A DNA stretch of 63,917 nucleotides, the filler included, from Lama guanicoe (Eukaryota): assembly GCA_013239625.1 (NCBI GenBank). It is 194 parts of 194 records of this genome, joined end to end, with 100 filler letters (N's around TTAATTAATTAA, not from the genome) between each part and the next. Parts side by side here need not be neighbours in the genome. Positions count along the whole stretch, not along the records: positions 63,358 to 63,587 come from PNXV01043829.1; positions 63,688 to 63,917 come from PNXV01043830.1; 192 more parts are not named here. One strand, given 5' to 3'. Positions 63,503-63,917 of this stretch are shown in pieces; the stretch's first letter is position 1; each line of letters begins with the position of its first letter. A program made the position numbers and the translations under genes. The notes beneath the pieces are model-generated. The model worked only from the letters and a program-made list of their open reading frames with translations. It ran no database searches and was not told where the DNA came from.

Positions 63503-63917
63503 CCGGGGCAGGGAAGATGGCATTCGGCCAACGTGCCTCAGGTGTGCCCACCCACAGCCACACTACCACCACCCAGCACTGCACCTGNNNNNNNNNNNNN
63601 NNNNNNNNNNNNNNNNNNNNNNNNNNNNNNNTTAATTAATTAANNNNNNNNNNNNNNNNNNNNNNNNNNNNNNNNNNNNNNNNNNNNAACATCATCCCCA
63701 AGCAATTATGCACCTTAATGACATTCTTTTTAGGAAGGTAAAAATAATTAAAATAAAAACAAACTTTCTATGTATAGATGCATTAAGGCTACGTGTTTAA
63801 AAAGCAAGGGAATGATGAGGACAGGACTCAGGAAAATGTTTATCTCGGGTGAGTGAAGGCAAGGAGACGGGCTGGTGAGGGAAACGCTACAGTTAGATAT
63901 GAGTTACTGTCAATGTT

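Overview
This window is not contiguous genome. It is an artificial concatenation of 194 short unplaced contigs (191 of 230 bp; three of 229 bp, starting at 32011, 34320 and 60059). They are joined by 193 identical 100-nt linkers (N44-TTAATTAATTAA-N44, which give stops in all six frames). The content is mammalian: L1, L2, MIR, MaLR/ERV LTRs and Tigger/hAT fossils. A tRNA-derived SINE resembling the camelid Vic-1 family suggests a camelid source. Recognisable coding fragments are single exons of TRPV3, DCTN1, MATN3 and a CD1 alpha-3 domain, plus an intronless CASP6 retrocopy whose catalytic QACRG has become QARRG. Five near-identical contig pairs all have their first mismatch at base 50 and last at base 181, the signature of unmerged de Bruijn bubbles with a 49-nt flank. 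Two contigs are circularly permuted pieces of a ~268-bp satellite. Most ORFs in the supplied track are artefacts that run into the linkers. I found no evidence of a multi-gene novel system, and neighbouring contigs carry no synteny information. Gene and repeat names are from recalled consensus sequences, not database searches.
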